Below, piece by piece: positions 41,467 to 52,531 of a stretch of DNA of 64,000 nt (position 1 is its first letter; each line of letters starts with the position of its first letter). The translations under genes were made by a program, and so were the position numbers. This DNA comes from an uncultured candidate division Zixibacteria bacterium (GTDB taxonomy: Bacteria > Zixibacteria > MSB-5A5 > GN15 > FEB-12), in NCBI GenBank assembly GCA_963664195.1, contig OY760907.1, positions 672,001 to 736,000 of the forward strand. The letters run 5' to 3'. The notes below the pieces were generated by a model. That model searched no databases and was not told where the DNA came from. It saw only the letters and a program-made list of their open reading frames with translations.

Positions 41467-42549
41467 ATGAATCAGCTACTGGAAGCCTTACCCGGATCAA
41501 CCGGAATACAGACGTTGATAGGCGCCACCGCCATCATTCTGGCAACAGGCCTGGTATCGTTTGTCCTGCGGGTCGTGGTTTTCGGCGTCGTGCATCGACT
41601 CACCAGTAGAACCAGCACGACTATCGATGATCGCCTGCTCAAAGCAATCCGCTCTCCCCTGGCGTTGCTGATATATGTCTTTGGTCTCTCAATCCTGTTC
41701 AATTTCCTGCAATCCAGATACGCGGAGTATATCGGCGAAGGTGCCGCCAAGACAATCGACGGGATAATTTACGGGTTCGGTGTGTTCGTAGTCGCTTTTC
41801 TGATTATCCGACTGATAGCCACCATACTCAGCTGGTATGCGGATACGATTGCGGTCAAGACAGAGACAAATCTCGACAACGAATTCGTCCCCTTGCTGGA
41901 GCGTTCTCTCAAGATCATCGTGGTGACTCTGGCTGCCTTGATCGTGCTGGAGCATTTCGGAGTTGACATCAAAGGATTGGTGGCTGTCCTCGGAGTGGGA
42001 TCACTTGCTATTGCCCTCGCGGCGCAGGAGACGCTGGCTAACATGATAGGCGGCTTCACGATCATGATCGACCGCCCGTTTCGTATAGGTGATATGGTGC
42101 GTCTGCCGGATGACCGGCGGGTGAAGGTCTACGAGATCGGCATCAGGTCAACCAAGTTTCGCACTTTCGACAACACGCTGGTCATCGTGCCCAACGCTGA
42201 GCTTATCAAATCGACCGTGCACAACCTCACCTACCCGGTGCCGTTGGTTAGAGTCGTCATTGAGGTGGGAGTTGGATACGAATCCGATATGGACAAAGTG
42301 CGGGACGTGATGCTTGATGTGGCCGCAAAGCACAGCAACGTACTTGAGGATCCCGAACCGCAGTTTCTTCTGTGGGCTTTCGGAGCGAGTTCACTCGATG
42401 TCGTGCTCAGGTGCCATATTACCTGTGCGGAGGATGATCGTCGGACTTCTTCGGAGCTTCGATTGCAGATACTGGAGCGCTTCCGCCAGGAGGGAATCGA
42501 GATTCCATTCCCGCAGCGAGTCGTCACGATGGCCGGCAGACACGATTGA
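41467..42549 (+). CDS. Small-conductance mechanosensitive channel (MscS family)
   Basis: LGVGSLAIALAAQETLAN, DRPFRIGD, IGIRST, GIEIPFPQR. Confidence 0.93.
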   Translation: MNQLLEALPGSTGIQTLIGATAIILATGLVSFVLRVVVFGVVHRLTSRTSTTIDDRLLKAIRSPLALLIYVFGLSILFNFLQSRYAEYIGEGAAKTIDGIIYGFGVFVVAFLIIRLIATILSWYADTIAVKTETNLDNEFVPLLERSLKIIVVTLAALIVLEHFGVDIKGLVAVLGVGSLAIALAAQETLANMIGGFTIMIDRPFRIGDMVRLPDDRRVKVYEIGIRSTKFRTFDNTLVIVPNAELIKSTVHNLTYPVPLVRVVIEVGVGYESDMDKVRDVMLDVAAKHSNVLEDPEPQFLLWAFGASSLDVVLRCHITCAEDDRRTSSELRLQILERFRQEGIEIPFPQRVVTMAGRHD

Positions 42550-42568
42550 CGGTCAGGAGAGTTGGTCG

Positions 42569-45500
42569 TTATGCATCAAGCTCTCTCCGCACCGCGGCGG
42601 CAATCGTCTGTAAGGTGAAAGGCTTTTTGACAAAGGCGCCGGCTCCGGATTCCTGCGCTTCCAGGACCCGGCCACTCTCGGAGAATCCTGATACGATGAT
42701 CGCCTTCTGATCGGGCACGATTTCCAAAACGCGTTTGTAGGTCTCGGCTCCGTCGATTCCCGGCGGCATGACCATATCAAGCAACAGAATGTCCTGTGGC
42801 TGTTCTCGAATGAACTCGATAGCCTTCTCGCCGCTGTCCACGGTACGGACCTTGTAACCAAGTTTCTTCAGGAGAGTAGTTGAAAGCTCTCGCTGGATCT
42901 CGTCGTCATCTACCACCAGCACCGTCTCGGTGCCGCCAACAACCTGGGCCGACTCAAGTCCGCTGACCGCGGCACGAGTGATCGGGAAATACAGGTAGAA
43001 CGATGTCCCTTCACCGATTCTGCTGCGCAGGTCAACATACCCGTCGTGGTCGTTTACAACGGCGTCAACGACGCTTAGCCCCAAACCGGAGCCACGCACT
43101 TTGTCAGAGGACTTGGAAGTATAGAAAGGATCGAATATCCGCTGTATGTCCTTCGCAGCGATACCGCATCCGGTATCCGAAATAGTGAGCTTCACGTACT
43201 CGCCCTTAGGGATCCTGCCGTACCGAACCGAGACGTTGTCAGCATAGAAATTAGTGGTTTCGACGGTGATTGTCCCTATTTGCTCCATGGCATCGCGGGC
43301 GTTGTTCAGCAGATTGGATATCGCTCGATGAATCTGTGCCTCTCCCCCCAGGACATTCATGATGTCCGCGGCCAGCTTAAGGTCATAAACGAGTGTCTCG
43401 GACTGCGTTTCAAGTTCTTTGACGGCGTGTAAGACGATCTCGTTCAAATTCAACGGAACTTGATTGTAGTGACCTCTCCTGCCGAGCGTTAGCAGTTGCT
43501 GATTGATATCCGCAATCTGCTGGGCGGCCTTCTCCATACTGCCGAGGAAGGACAGGGCAGCGTGATTCCGAGGAAGCTCGTCTCGAATAAGATCCGGGTA
43601 GGCCGTCAGTGGACCGAGGAGATTATTGAAGTCGTGAGCTACCTGGCCTGCGATTCTGCCCGCCGTTTCCAGACGCTGAGCACGGGACTCAAGTTCCTGC
43701 AGCCGTTTTGTCTCCGTGATATCGAAGAACGTTATCAGCACGTGCTCCATATCACCGTCTTCATTCTTCACCGCAAAGCTGTTGCACGTCAGCCAGGAAA
43801 CGGACTGTTTGTCATCGTGATAGACTCCGACAACGTCACCCTGAGGCCGCCCTCTCCCGGCCAAGACGCTATTCACGGGGTAGTCCTCCGGCAACATATC
43901 CGTGCCGTCTTCGTTTACAAACTTCCATTGAGGGTCAAACGCGGTTTTCCCGATCATCTGATCCATGGTTAAACCGAGGATATCCAAGGCTCGCTGGTTG
44001 CAGTACAACACGGATGTATCCGGGGCGTGAGCAACCACTCCGGCACTGAGATTGTCGAGAAAACCTCGATGCCTTCTTTCGCTCGCCAGCAACGCTTCCT
44101 CGGCCTCTTTGCGGTCTGTTATGTCTCGTCCCACTCCGATGATGGCCGTTACATCGCCATTCTCGTCCAGTATGGCCGAATCCTGCCAACCCAACCACCG
44201 CCACCCACCTTTGGTCATCGCGCGTTGCTCCACATACGCCCGGTGAGGCGGCTGATACAGATCCTCCATCGCCCTTTCAGTAAGTTCCCGGTCATCTTCG
44301 TGGACGAGCGGCATAAACGTCTTCCCGAGCAGTTCTCCCTCCGTCTTGCCGAACAGTCGGCAGTAGGACGGGCTCACGAATCGGAAAGCCCCTTCCGGGT
44401 CCACCTCAACTATGAGATCTGTCTGGTTCTCGACGAGCAGACGGTACTTCTCCTCGCTCTCGCGCAAGGCTGCCTGCGCCTTCCGTCGCTCGGTGATATC
44501 TCGGATAGCGGTAACCCTGAAATCCCCGCCTTCCACATTCCTGGCTTCAATCTCGATTGGGAAAAGCGTACCGTCCTTTTTCTTCGCCATTACCTCGTAC
44601 GGCTTCGCATATTGTCGTGCGACATTCTCATTGACTATCCGGTGATATTCGGGCGGCACACACAGTTCAATTATGCTCTGTCCGATAAGCTCGTCTCTCG
44701 TGTAGCCGAGGATTTCCGTGAGCGACTCGTTGGTGTCGATGACAACGCCCTTCTCGTGGAAGACGATACCTTCAAATGTCAGGCTCGAGAGGTTCTTGAA
44801 TCGCTCCCTGCTCTTTTTGACTTCTTCCTCGGCTTGCTTCTGCTCGGTGATGTCTACCCATTGGCATACGACGTTGGTGAACTCGCCCTTTGCATTCACT
44901 ATGGGGAACATGGACACGTCAATAAACAAGTCCCGGTTCCCCCAGGAGTCAGCACTTCCGACACTTGATGCGTTCCAGGACATCACAAAGCGAGCAGGTT
45001 CCTGTTTGTCGAAAACGGCCATGGCCAACGACATCAACCCCTGCTTCTTTAGGTTTTCGTCCTCAAGCACGTTGTACTTGCCTATCAGTTGCTCATCAGT
45101 GAGGTCCAGAATCTTTCGTAGAGCTCTGTTCGTTCTTAGTAGAAATCCTTCTCGATCTGAGACCCACATCGCAAACGGGCTCATGTTGACAACTTCGTCG
45201 AGAAACGCATTCGTCGATTCCAGAAGTTCCTCGGCTTGCTTGCGCTCGGTGATATCCTCAGCGAATCCTTCGAACTCACCCTCATTCGGGCGAAGAACAC
45301 CTGAGAAACGCGCCCACCAGATAGACCCATCTTTGCGCTTGAAAGGCGTTTCGAAGTTGGCCACTTCCCCCGTTTCCTTCAACTCGGCAATCATACGCTG
45401 TCGAGCGTCGGGATCGACGTACAGATCTGCAACCGAGGTAATAGAGACCAAATCATCCCGAGATTCAAAACCGAACATCTCGGTCATACGATAGTTGACG

Positions 45501-47623
45501 TCGATGAACAGCCCGTCATCAAGCCTTGTGCGAAAGAGCCCAATCTGAGCGTTGTCATACAGACGTCGGTATGTTGCCTCGCTCTCCTTGAGCGCTTGTT
45601 CAACCCGCCGCCGCTCCGTGATGTCCGGAAACGCGACGAATGCCGCAATCAATTGGCCTTCGTCGTTGTATATGGGAGCGGCGTTGACAATCTCCCATCT
45701 CTCACTTCCATCCTTCCTGACTACCCGGATTTCCACACCCGTTGTGGTCTTCCCCTTAAGTGCCAGCGCCAACGGCAGATCTTCGACAGAGATCAGATTC
45801 CCTTCAGAATCGTAGCCTTTCCAAGGCTGTTTCATTTCGAACAGATTGATGCCCTGCTCGATGCTTGGCTCGTCGACGAATCGGAGGTGCTCCGCACACG
45901 CTCTGTTGTACGTTAGCTCCCCTGTCGGCCTGGCAATTATCATGGGGATCGGTGACTGTTCGATTACGCCCTGGAACAGCGCGTGCGACTCTGCAAGCTC
46001 CCGCTCGGCCCGCTTGCTCTCAGTGATATCGGTCACGATGCCTTCAATGGCAATCGGTGCGCCCGTATCGTCTCGCACGAGCAGGTTGCGCTGGTTCATC
46101 CAGCGGACCTCGCCGGATCGGTGGATAATCTGATACTCATAGGTAGGCGACATCTCATCTGCAAGCAGCTTTTCCCACTCTTCCTTGAAATACTCATGCC
46201 AGTCGGGGTGAATGACATCTCTCATCAGCAACGAAGATTCCTTAAACTCCTCCGGAGCGTACCCGAATAATGACGAAGATGCCGGACTCACGTACTCATA
46301 ACGACCGTCCGGCAAAGACATCCGATAGATCATGTCGGGCGCGTTCTCAGCCAAACGACGGAATCTCTCCTCACTTTCTTTCAGGGCTTTCTGCGAACGC
46401 TTGCGGTCGGCGATATCGCTGCACACGCCGACCATACGGGCCAGCTGCCCTTGATCATCGCGAAACAGCGTCCCCCGCACCTCAATCCAGCCTTCCTCGC
46501 CATCTCCCCGAATAATCCGGTGCTCGTATTGGATCTTCGCCTGATCCTTGCTCGTCTGCAGAAAACGTTTGACGCCCTGCTCTACTTCCTCACGATCCTC
46601 CGGAGCGGCGAAATTCATATATGCGTCCAACGTACCGCCGAATTCACTCGCATCAATCCCAAAGATGCGAAGCGTTTCAGGCGACCAAACGACTTTGTCC
46701 TTCTGTAAGTCCCACTCCCAGGTGCCCATTTGAGCCGCCTGAAGAGCGAGGCTGAGATGTCGCTGGCTCTCTCGAAGGGCATCCTCTGCCCGCTGGCGGT
46801 CAGACATGTCCAACCCCAGCCCGACCAGATACGTCTTGCCCTCAAGCACCATTCGTTCGCCGGTGAAGTAATACGGTATCTTCTCTCCGGTCTTGGTGAG
46901 AAGATGATTCTCCATGATAGAGTGTCCCCGATCGTACACTTCCTGCATTCGTTCTGCGCACAGATCTCGGTCGGCCACGAGGTCCAACGCCGTCATCTCA
47001 TCCAACTCAGCCTCGGAGTATCCCGTTATCTGGGGCCAATTGGCATTCCTTCGGAAAAGCTTCGCGCTAGTTTCCTCAAAGACGTAGAGCAGTCCCGGCA
47101 TACTCTTCGCCATTGTCTCACTGAATGTCGTTTCAGCCCGTAATCGTTCCTCAGTGAGCTTTCTCTGAGTGAAGTCCTGGGAAAGGACCATAGCTGTCTC
47201 GACCTTACCGTTGGCGTCGCGTATCGGATGTATGGTGGACAACAGCCAGCGTTCGCCACCCAAGAAATCCACAAAGTCTACGTTCTCAGCAGGCTCACCG
47301 GAATCGATAACTTTTCGAACACGATCAATGCACTCTTCGGCGACCTGAGTACGGGGTTCGATTTCGTGGAATGATCGCCCAACAAAATCCTCCGGTTCGC
47401 GCCCAATGAGATTCGCGACTTTGCGGTTTATCAGCAGGCAGATACCGTCCCGATCGTATATCGAGATCAGCAGATCGACATTGTCGATCAGCAGTCGGTA
47501 CGAATCAGGGGTAAAAGTCTCTGTACCGCCCCTTGCTCCCTGTTTCCCCTGCAAGGAGACTTGCTCCCTCAGTTGCTCAAGTTCCTCGATCAGCTGCTTC
47601 TTGGTCTTTCGATTGTCATTCAT
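42569..47623 (-). CDS. Cytoplasmic hybrid histidine kinase: 10 PAS/PAC + HisKA + HATPase + REC
   Basis: Ten PAS units closed by DITERK-like motifs; VAHDFNNLL; GSGLGL; LLDMVMP. Confidence 0.92.
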   Translation of the reverse strand: MNDNRKTKKQLIEELEQLREQVSLQGKQGARGGTETFTPDSYRLLIDNVDLLISIYDRDGICLLINRKVANLIGREPEDFVGRSFHEIEPRTQVAEECIDRVRKVIDSGEPAENVDFVDFLGGERWLLSTIHPIRDANGKVETAMVLSQDFTQRKLTEERLRAETTFSETMAKSMPGLLYVFEETSAKLFRRNANWPQITGYSEAELDEMTALDLVADRDLCAERMQEVYDRGHSIMENHLLTKTGEKIPYYFTGERMVLEGKTYLVGLGLDMSDRQRAEDALRESQRHLSLALQAAQMGTWEWDLQKDKVVWSPETLRIFGIDASEFGGTLDAYMNFAAPEDREEVEQGVKRFLQTSKDQAKIQYEHRIIRGDGEEGWIEVRGTLFRDDQGQLARMVGVCSDIADRKRSQKALKESEERFRRLAENAPDMIYRMSLPDGRYEYVSPASSSLFGYAPEEFKESSLLMRDVIHPDWHEYFKEEWEKLLADEMSPTYEYQIIHRSGEVRWMNQRNLLVRDDTGAPIAIEGIVTDITESKRAERELAESHALFQGVIEQSPIPMIIARPTGELTYNRACAEHLRFVDEPSIEQGINLFEMKQPWKGYDSEGNLISVEDLPLALALKGKTTTGVEIRVVRKDGSERWEIVNAAPIYNDEGQLIAAFVAFPDITERRRVEQALKESEATYRRLYDNAQIGLFRTRLDDGLFIDVNYRMTEMFGFESRDDLVSITSVADLYVDPDARQRMIAELKETGEVANFETPFKRKDGSIWWARFSGVLRPNEGEFEGFAEDITERKQAEELLESTNAFLDEVVNMSPFAMWVSDREGFLLRTNRALRKILDLTDEQLIGKYNVLEDENLKKQGLMSLAMAVFDKQEPARFVMSWNASSVGSADSWGNRDLFIDVSMFPIVNAKGEFTNVVCQWVDITEQKQAEEEVKKSRERFKNLSSLTFEGIVFHEKGVVIDTNESLTEILGYTRDELIGQSIIELCVPPEYHRIVNENVARQYAKPYEVMAKKKDGTLFPIEIEARNVEGGDFRVTAIRDITERRKAQAALRESEEKYRLLVENQTDLIVEVDPEGAFRFVSPSYCRLFGKTEGELLGKTFMPLVHEDDRELTERAMEDLYQPPHRAYVEQRAMTKGGWRWLGWQDSAILDENGDVTAIIGVGRDITDRKEAEEALLASERRHRGFLDNLSAGVVAHAPDTSVLYCNQRALDILGLTMDQMIGKTAFDPQWKFVNEDGTDMLPEDYPVNSVLAGRGRPQGDVVGVYHDDKQSVSWLTCNSFAVKNEDGDMEHVLITFFDITETKRLQELESRAQRLETAGRIAGQVAHDFNNLLGPLTAYPDLIRDELPRNHAALSFLGSMEKAAQQIADINQQLLTLGRRGHYNQVPLNLNEIVLHAVKELETQSETLVYDLKLAADIMNVLGGEAQIHRAISNLLNNARDAMEQIGTITVETTNFYADNVSVRYGRIPKGEYVKLTISDTGCGIAAKDIQRIFDPFYTSKSSDKVRGSGLGLSVVDAVVNDHDGYVDLRSRIGEGTSFYLYFPITRAAVSGLESAQVVGGTETVLVVDDDEIQRELSTTLLKKLGYKVRTVDSGEKAIEFIREQPQDILLLDMVMPPGIDGAETYKRVLEIVPDQKAIIVSGFSESGRVLEAQESGAGAFVKKPFTLQTIAAAVRRELDA

Positions 47624-47891
47624 GCGATCATCTCACGATAGTACCCCACGGCCCCCTGCCGTGCCTGGTCGTTGAGTGTGCTAGCTGCCCATAACAATTA
47701 TGGGAATCGGGCAGCAATCGGCAACAAAAACAAGCACCTGCCGTACAGACCCCGACGGCCTAACAGCCATGGCGATAACTGGTTATGTCTATCGCGATGG
47801 CAACCCGGTTTGCCCTTGTTGAATATGTTCGGCAATCGGCGGTATAATCTGAGGAAACTGGCCCTATGAGTGACTGAGGAGGTGATCCGTT

Positions 47892-48074
47892 ATGGTCTTC
47901 TTTGAAGAACGGAATGACCTAGCTCCGAGATGTCCACACTGCAAAAAAGAATTGAGGAAAGTGTGCTACCAGGAGCTAAAAGGGGATTTGGGCAAGCGGT
48001 GCGTTTACTTCTGCCCGGAATGCAAGTCGGTGCTGGGTGTATCCCACCGCAAGGGATTAACGTTCGGCTGGTAG
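47892..48074 (+). CDS. Small zinc-ribbon protein
   Basis: GAGGAGGTGA RBS; CPHC...CPEC; TATAAT at 47843. Confidence 0.75.
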   Translation: MVFFEERNDLAPRCPHCKKELRKVCYQELKGDLGKRCVYFCPECKSVLGVSHRKGLTFGW

Positions 48075-48122
48075 ATAGAAACGGCCAAGGATGGAGAGGA
48101 GTTCCCCTGAACACGTGAAGCT

Positions 48123-48149
48123 GGGGCAGACGACACGTCTGCCGCCCAC
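48123..48149 (-). repeat. Solo GTGG-type REP-like hairpin
   Basis: GTGGGCGGCAGACG-TGT-CGTCTGCCCC on the minus strand; same family as copies at 58572, 60679, 62887 and 63505. Confidence 0.7.
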
Positions 48150-48215
48150 AACATGAAGGCAAGTGAGCGGCGGGGTTTCATCCCCGCCGCATCAGGCCAT
48201 CGTCAGGTCAACGAG

Positions 48216-48731
48216 TTATTTCTCGCCAAGCATGTCCTTGATCTTGCGGAGCGTCTCCGGGTCGGCATCGTCGATCCTGTTTTTCAGATCGCTCTGCAGT
48301 TCCACTTTTTCCGCAAGCACTTCCTCGTCGGCAGAAGTATCCATACCGAGGATTTTCTTGATCGCGGCGACGTAGTTCTTCGGCTTCACCGGTTTCTCCA
48401 GATACACTCCGGGACCGGACATGGTCAATTCCTTCAGATCAGCCTTACCGAGATCATCACGGGCATGACCGGTAACAATGATGATAGGAATCTGCGACCA
48501 TTTGTCGCTCTTGGAGAGTTCACGATGCAGCTTGGCACCAGACTTCTTGGGCATCACGAGGTCGAGTGAGATCAGATCCGGCGGGTGTTTCTCGATCTCT
48601 TCGAGCGCCTCAAAGCCGTCTGATGCCACCGTCACGTCAAAGCCGGCTTCAATCAGCGCCGTCTTGAGAAACACTCGCACATCAGCTTCATCATCAACGA
48701 CCAGGATTCTTCTTTTGGCCTCTTCCGCCAT
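48216..48731 (-). CDS. Single-domain response regulator with C-terminal extension
   Basis: ILVVDDE, ISLDLVMP, YLEKP. Confidence 0.88.
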   Translation of the reverse strand: MAEEAKRRILVVDDEADVRVFLKTALIEAGFDVTVASDGFEALEEIEKHPPDLISLDLVMPKKSGAKLHRELSKSDKWSQIPIIIVTGHARDDLGKADLKELTMSGPGVYLEKPVKPKNYVAAIKKILGMDTSADEEVLAEKVELQSDLKNRIDDADPETLRKIKDMLGEK

Positions 48732-48741
48732 GGTACTCTCC

Positions 48742-50235
48742 TTATGAGAAATCTTCGTTTTTCTTCAAACTGGCGCTTTCCTTGAAAAGCGTAATCAGTC
48801 GCCTCCGCGGGAACTCCATCCTGAATCGCGCCCCCTGGCCCGGCTCGGATTCAACTATTATCTTGCCGCCGTGCTCCTGGACAATCTTCCGCGTGGTCAA
48901 CAGCCCCAATCCGGTCCCCTCGCCACCCTTCGTCGTGAAGAACGTACTAAATATCTTCTTTTTTATCTCGTAGTCAATTCCGCTGCCGTTATCGGAGACC
49001 TCAAAAACCAGCTTGTCTCCTGACTCGCGTATTGCCAGTACTACCTCGGAACCTTTCTGCTCTCCCATCTGGCAGGCGTCAATTGCATTCGAGACCAGAT
49101 TGGTCAGACAGGTGTGGATGCCATCTGGATCCAGCGGAGCTTTCTTGATACTGCCCATGATCTCGGCCCTGAGTTCAATACCGGATTGTTTGGCAATGTC
49201 ATGATAGAGATCCACAATCTCGGCGGCGAGCTTGCACGGATCAACCAGTTTCAACTCGGGCAGCCTTCCCTTGGAGAAGCTCAGGAAATCCTTCACCAGC
49301 GAGGTCGTCTTGGTGAAGTTTCTGTCGAGCATCTCCCAGCCTTCACTAATCATGTCTGAGTCGCCCTTCTGCAGACCAAGGCTCACAATATACTTGCCGC
49401 CCTCCAGCCCCATGAGAATGTTCTTGATACTGTGAGCCAAACCGGCCACGGTTTGCCCCACGGCGCCGAGTCGTTCGGCCTCAAGCATATCGCGCTCGAG
49501 TTTGCGAATCGCCGACACATCGTTGGATATCTCGATCACGTGCCCCACTTCGCCCCCGTCGCGAGATAATGCCGACGTCGTCACGTCATAGTATATCTCC
49601 TGTCCCCTCTTGCCGGTCCCGTGCTGGTTTGACCGATGCACCTTGCCGTCCCGGAACGTTCGTGCCGCGGGACAGTTTGGACATTTCGTGGAGCGCCGCT
49701 TGTACACTTCGTAACAGTGCCGGTTGAGAACATCGCCGAAACTGGCCCGAAACGCCTCGTTGGCACGTACAATCCGGTAGTCCTTGTCTATAACCGTTAT
49801 GTAGCAGGGAACCCGGTCGAAGAGGATCTGATATTCCTGCTGCCAGCTTCTTGTGCCGGTGACACTGCGAGTCATCTCCACAACGTACTGCAACGGTCCG
49901 CCCTCGCTCTGTTTCAACGGCGCGACATGGCCGACATAGTGCATTCGGTTCCCGTGCTGATCAATCCCAACCGCATCGGCAACGACCACCTTGCCGTTTT
50001 CAAACACTCTCTTGGCCGGACATTCATCACACGGACAGTGCAGTTTCTTGTACACTGCATAACACTTCTTGCCCCGCCACTCTCCAAAATGTCGTTCGAA
50101 AGCATCGTTGGCGTCGACGACATTGAAGTCGCGATCGACTACGGCGATGTTGTACGGGATCTCCTGGAACAGCGTCTCACAAAGGACATCTCGAAGCCGC
50201 CGGGGAAAACCCGATCTGCCGTCAGTGGAACTCAT
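48742..50235 (-). CDS. PAS sensor histidine kinase with Cys-rich PAS domains
   Basis: CY...CPCDECP and CY...CPNCP; LAHSIKN; NLVSNAIDA; GTGLGL. Confidence 0.9.
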   Translation of the reverse strand: MSSTDGRSGFPRRLRDVLCETLFQEIPYNIAVVDRDFNVVDANDAFERHFGEWRGKKCYAVYKKLHCPCDECPAKRVFENGKVVVADAVGIDQHGNRMHYVGHVAPLKQSEGGPLQYVVEMTRSVTGTRSWQQEYQILFDRVPCYITVIDKDYRIVRANEAFRASFGDVLNRHCYEVYKRRSTKCPNCPAARTFRDGKVHRSNQHGTGKRGQEIYYDVTTSALSRDGGEVGHVIEISNDVSAIRKLERDMLEAERLGAVGQTVAGLAHSIKNILMGLEGGKYIVSLGLQKGDSDMISEGWEMLDRNFTKTTSLVKDFLSFSKGRLPELKLVDPCKLAAEIVDLYHDIAKQSGIELRAEIMGSIKKAPLDPDGIHTCLTNLVSNAIDACQMGEQKGSEVVLAIRESGDKLVFEVSDNGSGIDYEIKKKIFSTFFTTKGGEGTGLGLLTTRKIVQEHGGKIIVESEPGQGARFRMEFPRRRLITLFKESASLKKNEDFS

Positions 50236-50648
50236 GCCTTACCCCGTTTCTCTCTCTTTCGATCCGAAGTAATCAGTCCGGAGATTGTCTTCACGAACTC
50301 ATCCGGGTCAATCGGCTTCTCCAGAAAACGGTCTGGAGGCGGCACAGATTCATCCGGCATATACGAACGAAAATCAAACTCCTTTTCAAATGCCACCCCG
50401 CTGATGATGACGACCGGAACACCGGTCAGCGTCGCATCCTGTTTGAGATATGCGTACAGGGAAATACCGGACTTCTTCGGCATCATGATATCAAGACAAA
50501 TAACGGCCGGTGCCATCTCACTGACTTTCGCTATCGCAGAGTCGACATCGTGTACCACCGACGGATCATACCCGTTGGCCCGAAGGATCGTGGCCAGGTA
50601 AGTGGCCACGTCCGGTTCATCGTCAACTATCAGAACCCTTGTGGACAT
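50232..50648 (-). CDS. Single-domain response regulator
   Basis: LIVDDEPD, CLDIMMP, FLEKP. Confidence 0.88.
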   Translation of the reverse strand: MSTRVLIVDDEPDVATYLATILRANGYDPSVVHDVDSAIAKVSEMAPAVICLDIMMPKKSGISLYAYLKQDATLTGVPVVIISGVAFEKEFDFRSYMPDESVPPPDRFLEKPIDPDEFVKTISGLITSDRKREKRGKA

Positions 50649-52531
50649 TACTGCCCTTTCGTTTCCCCGTTGTTGTCAAGAATTTGCTTCGGCAGAGTCA
50701 CGCTGCCATCACTTGCGCGTCTGGCCAGCTCATAGTCGATACCACCAACCATGTGAGCGAGTGGCGCCTGGGCGTGACAGTTGGTGCAAAGCGTCAGCCG
50801 CGCGTATGTGGAATCCGCCTTGACCTTCGTCTCATGACACTCGATACACTGCTTGTGCATGGCATCAACGTACGACACTGCCATGTAGTCGTCAACAACC
50901 ACCGTGTTTCCGGCCGGGAACAAATCAGTATGGCAGTCCTTGCACCCCTTGGCTGTCGAGGCCTGTCTTTCCTTGCCCTTTTCATGGCAGTTGCTGCACT
51001 TCAGATTGCCGCCATCGGCAGAGGCGTGCCAGTCATGCCTGAAGACATCGGTTTCTGCGTACATGCTGCGGTGACACTCCCAGCATCCGGTTTCCTTGTC
51101 CATCGGCTTGTTCATGTGATGACACTTTACACAGGATTCCGTTTTGCCGAGCGTGTCGACATGGAAAGCATGCTTGAAACTGGTGCCGAACATATCCCGG
51201 TTGCCATCGATAAACTGCACGTCGCCGCCGCGAGCCTTTTCAACCGTGATCCTCTCGATGCCCTTGCCCTCGATTTTGCTCTCGGGCATCAATGCCATGC
51301 CGAACGCAAACGCGAGCACGAACACCAGCGTGTATCGCGTGCGAGCAGCCGTGAACGGAGAACCGAGCCACACGTTGGAGGCATAATCAAACGACGGCGT
51401 TTCATGTGGATTAGATTCCGGGTGTTTCGGACGGTGATCCCAAATATGGAAATGTTCAATGGCAAACAGGAACGCCAGACCGGCTACCGAAACGACGCCG
51501 AGACTGATGGTAAGTTCCATCCACGAAGGGACGTACGCCAGCCCGCCGTCGGAGTTCATCGCCAGACCGCCGACATTGATGCGATTGAAGACCATCCCGG
51601 CAACGACAAGGAACGAACCGATCCATTGTCCGCCGACACTATTGCGCGTCCTGGGAATAGCAAAGATTACTATCGGAATAACCGCGGACATCAGGATTTC
51701 TATGATGAACAAAATGCTCTGGCGTGAGCCTTCAAAAATCAACCCGAATTCCCCGGAGTAGACGATTTCGCCCATCTTCAGCACGAAGTAAATCGACAGC
51801 ACCCACAATGCCGCCTTGCTGAGTCCGGCAACAAGATTGTGTTCGGATTCCTTGCGATAGATCCAGTGCGAGGCGAGGCTCTCAAACGACACCATTCCCA
51901 ATCCGAGCGCCGCGGCCGAGATGAAGAACAGCACCGGCATGATCGGCGTGTACCACAATGCATGCAGTTTGTGCGGCATAATCAGGAACAGCGAACCGAG
52001 CGATGACTGGTGCAGCGTCGAAAGCATGATCCCCAGCATCACCAGCGGGAATCGGACCTTCATCAGCAAGGCACGAATCTTCGCATACCGTGAAGCCTCT
52101 TCAAGCGGTACCGGGCTGAATTCAAGAAGCAGCACAGTCGTGTAAAGCATCACACACCAGCCAACTTCAAACAGCGGTGAATGAGGATTCCAGTGAATCA
52201 TCATGTGCCAGATATTCCACGGCAACCCGAGATCAAACAACAAGCCGAAAATAACCGCGAGATAGCCAAGGAAAGCTGTCAGCACTGCCGGCTTCACGAG
52301 ATCGTGATACTTTTCCTGCTTGAAGATATAGAAAATGGCGGTCATGACAAAACCGCCGCCAGCCAGCGCCACACCGGCCATGACGTCGAACCCAATCCAG
52401 AAGCCCCACGGTGTTGCGTCGGTCAGGTTGGTAGTCGCACCGAGTCCCATGATGAACCGGGTCAAACCAACAGCCGCTGCCAGCCCGAGAATCGTCCAGA
52501 GGACGGTTTTTACGTTCTGTACCCTATTCAT
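50648..52531 (-). CDS. NrfD/HybB/HmcC-type membrane subunit fused to a class III-type hexaheme cytochrome c
   Basis: TNLTDATPWGFWIGFDV, SPLFEVGWC, LSTLHQSSLG; C-terminal CVKCHH, CWECH, CSNCH, CKDCH, CIECH, CTNCH. Confidence 0.88.
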   Translation of the reverse strand: MNRVQNVKTVLWTILGLAAAVGLTRFIMGLGATTNLTDATPWGFWIGFDVMAGVALAGGGFVMTAIFYIFKQEKYHDLVKPAVLTAFLGYLAVIFGLLFDLGLPWNIWHMMIHWNPHSPLFEVGWCVMLYTTVLLLEFSPVPLEEASRYAKIRALLMKVRFPLVMLGIMLSTLHQSSLGSLFLIMPHKLHALWYTPIMPVLFFISAAALGLGMVSFESLASHWIYRKESEHNLVAGLSKAALWVLSIYFVLKMGEIVYSGEFGLIFEGSRQSILFIIEILMSAVIPIVIFAIPRTRNSVGGQWIGSFLVVAGMVFNRINVGGLAMNSDGGLAYVPSWMELTISLGVVSVAGLAFLFAIEHFHIWDHRPKHPESNPHETPSFDYASNVWLGSPFTAARTRYTLVFVLAFAFGMALMPESKIEGKGIERITVEKARGGDVQFIDGNRDMFGTSFKHAFHVDTLGKTESCVKCHHMNKPMDKETGCWECHRSMYAETDVFRHDWHASADGGNLKCSNCHEKGKERQASTAKGCKDCHTDLFPAGNTVVVDDYMAVSYVDAMHKQCIECHETKVKADSTYARLTLCTNCHAQAPLAHMVGGIDYELARRASDGSVTLPKQILDNNGETKGQ

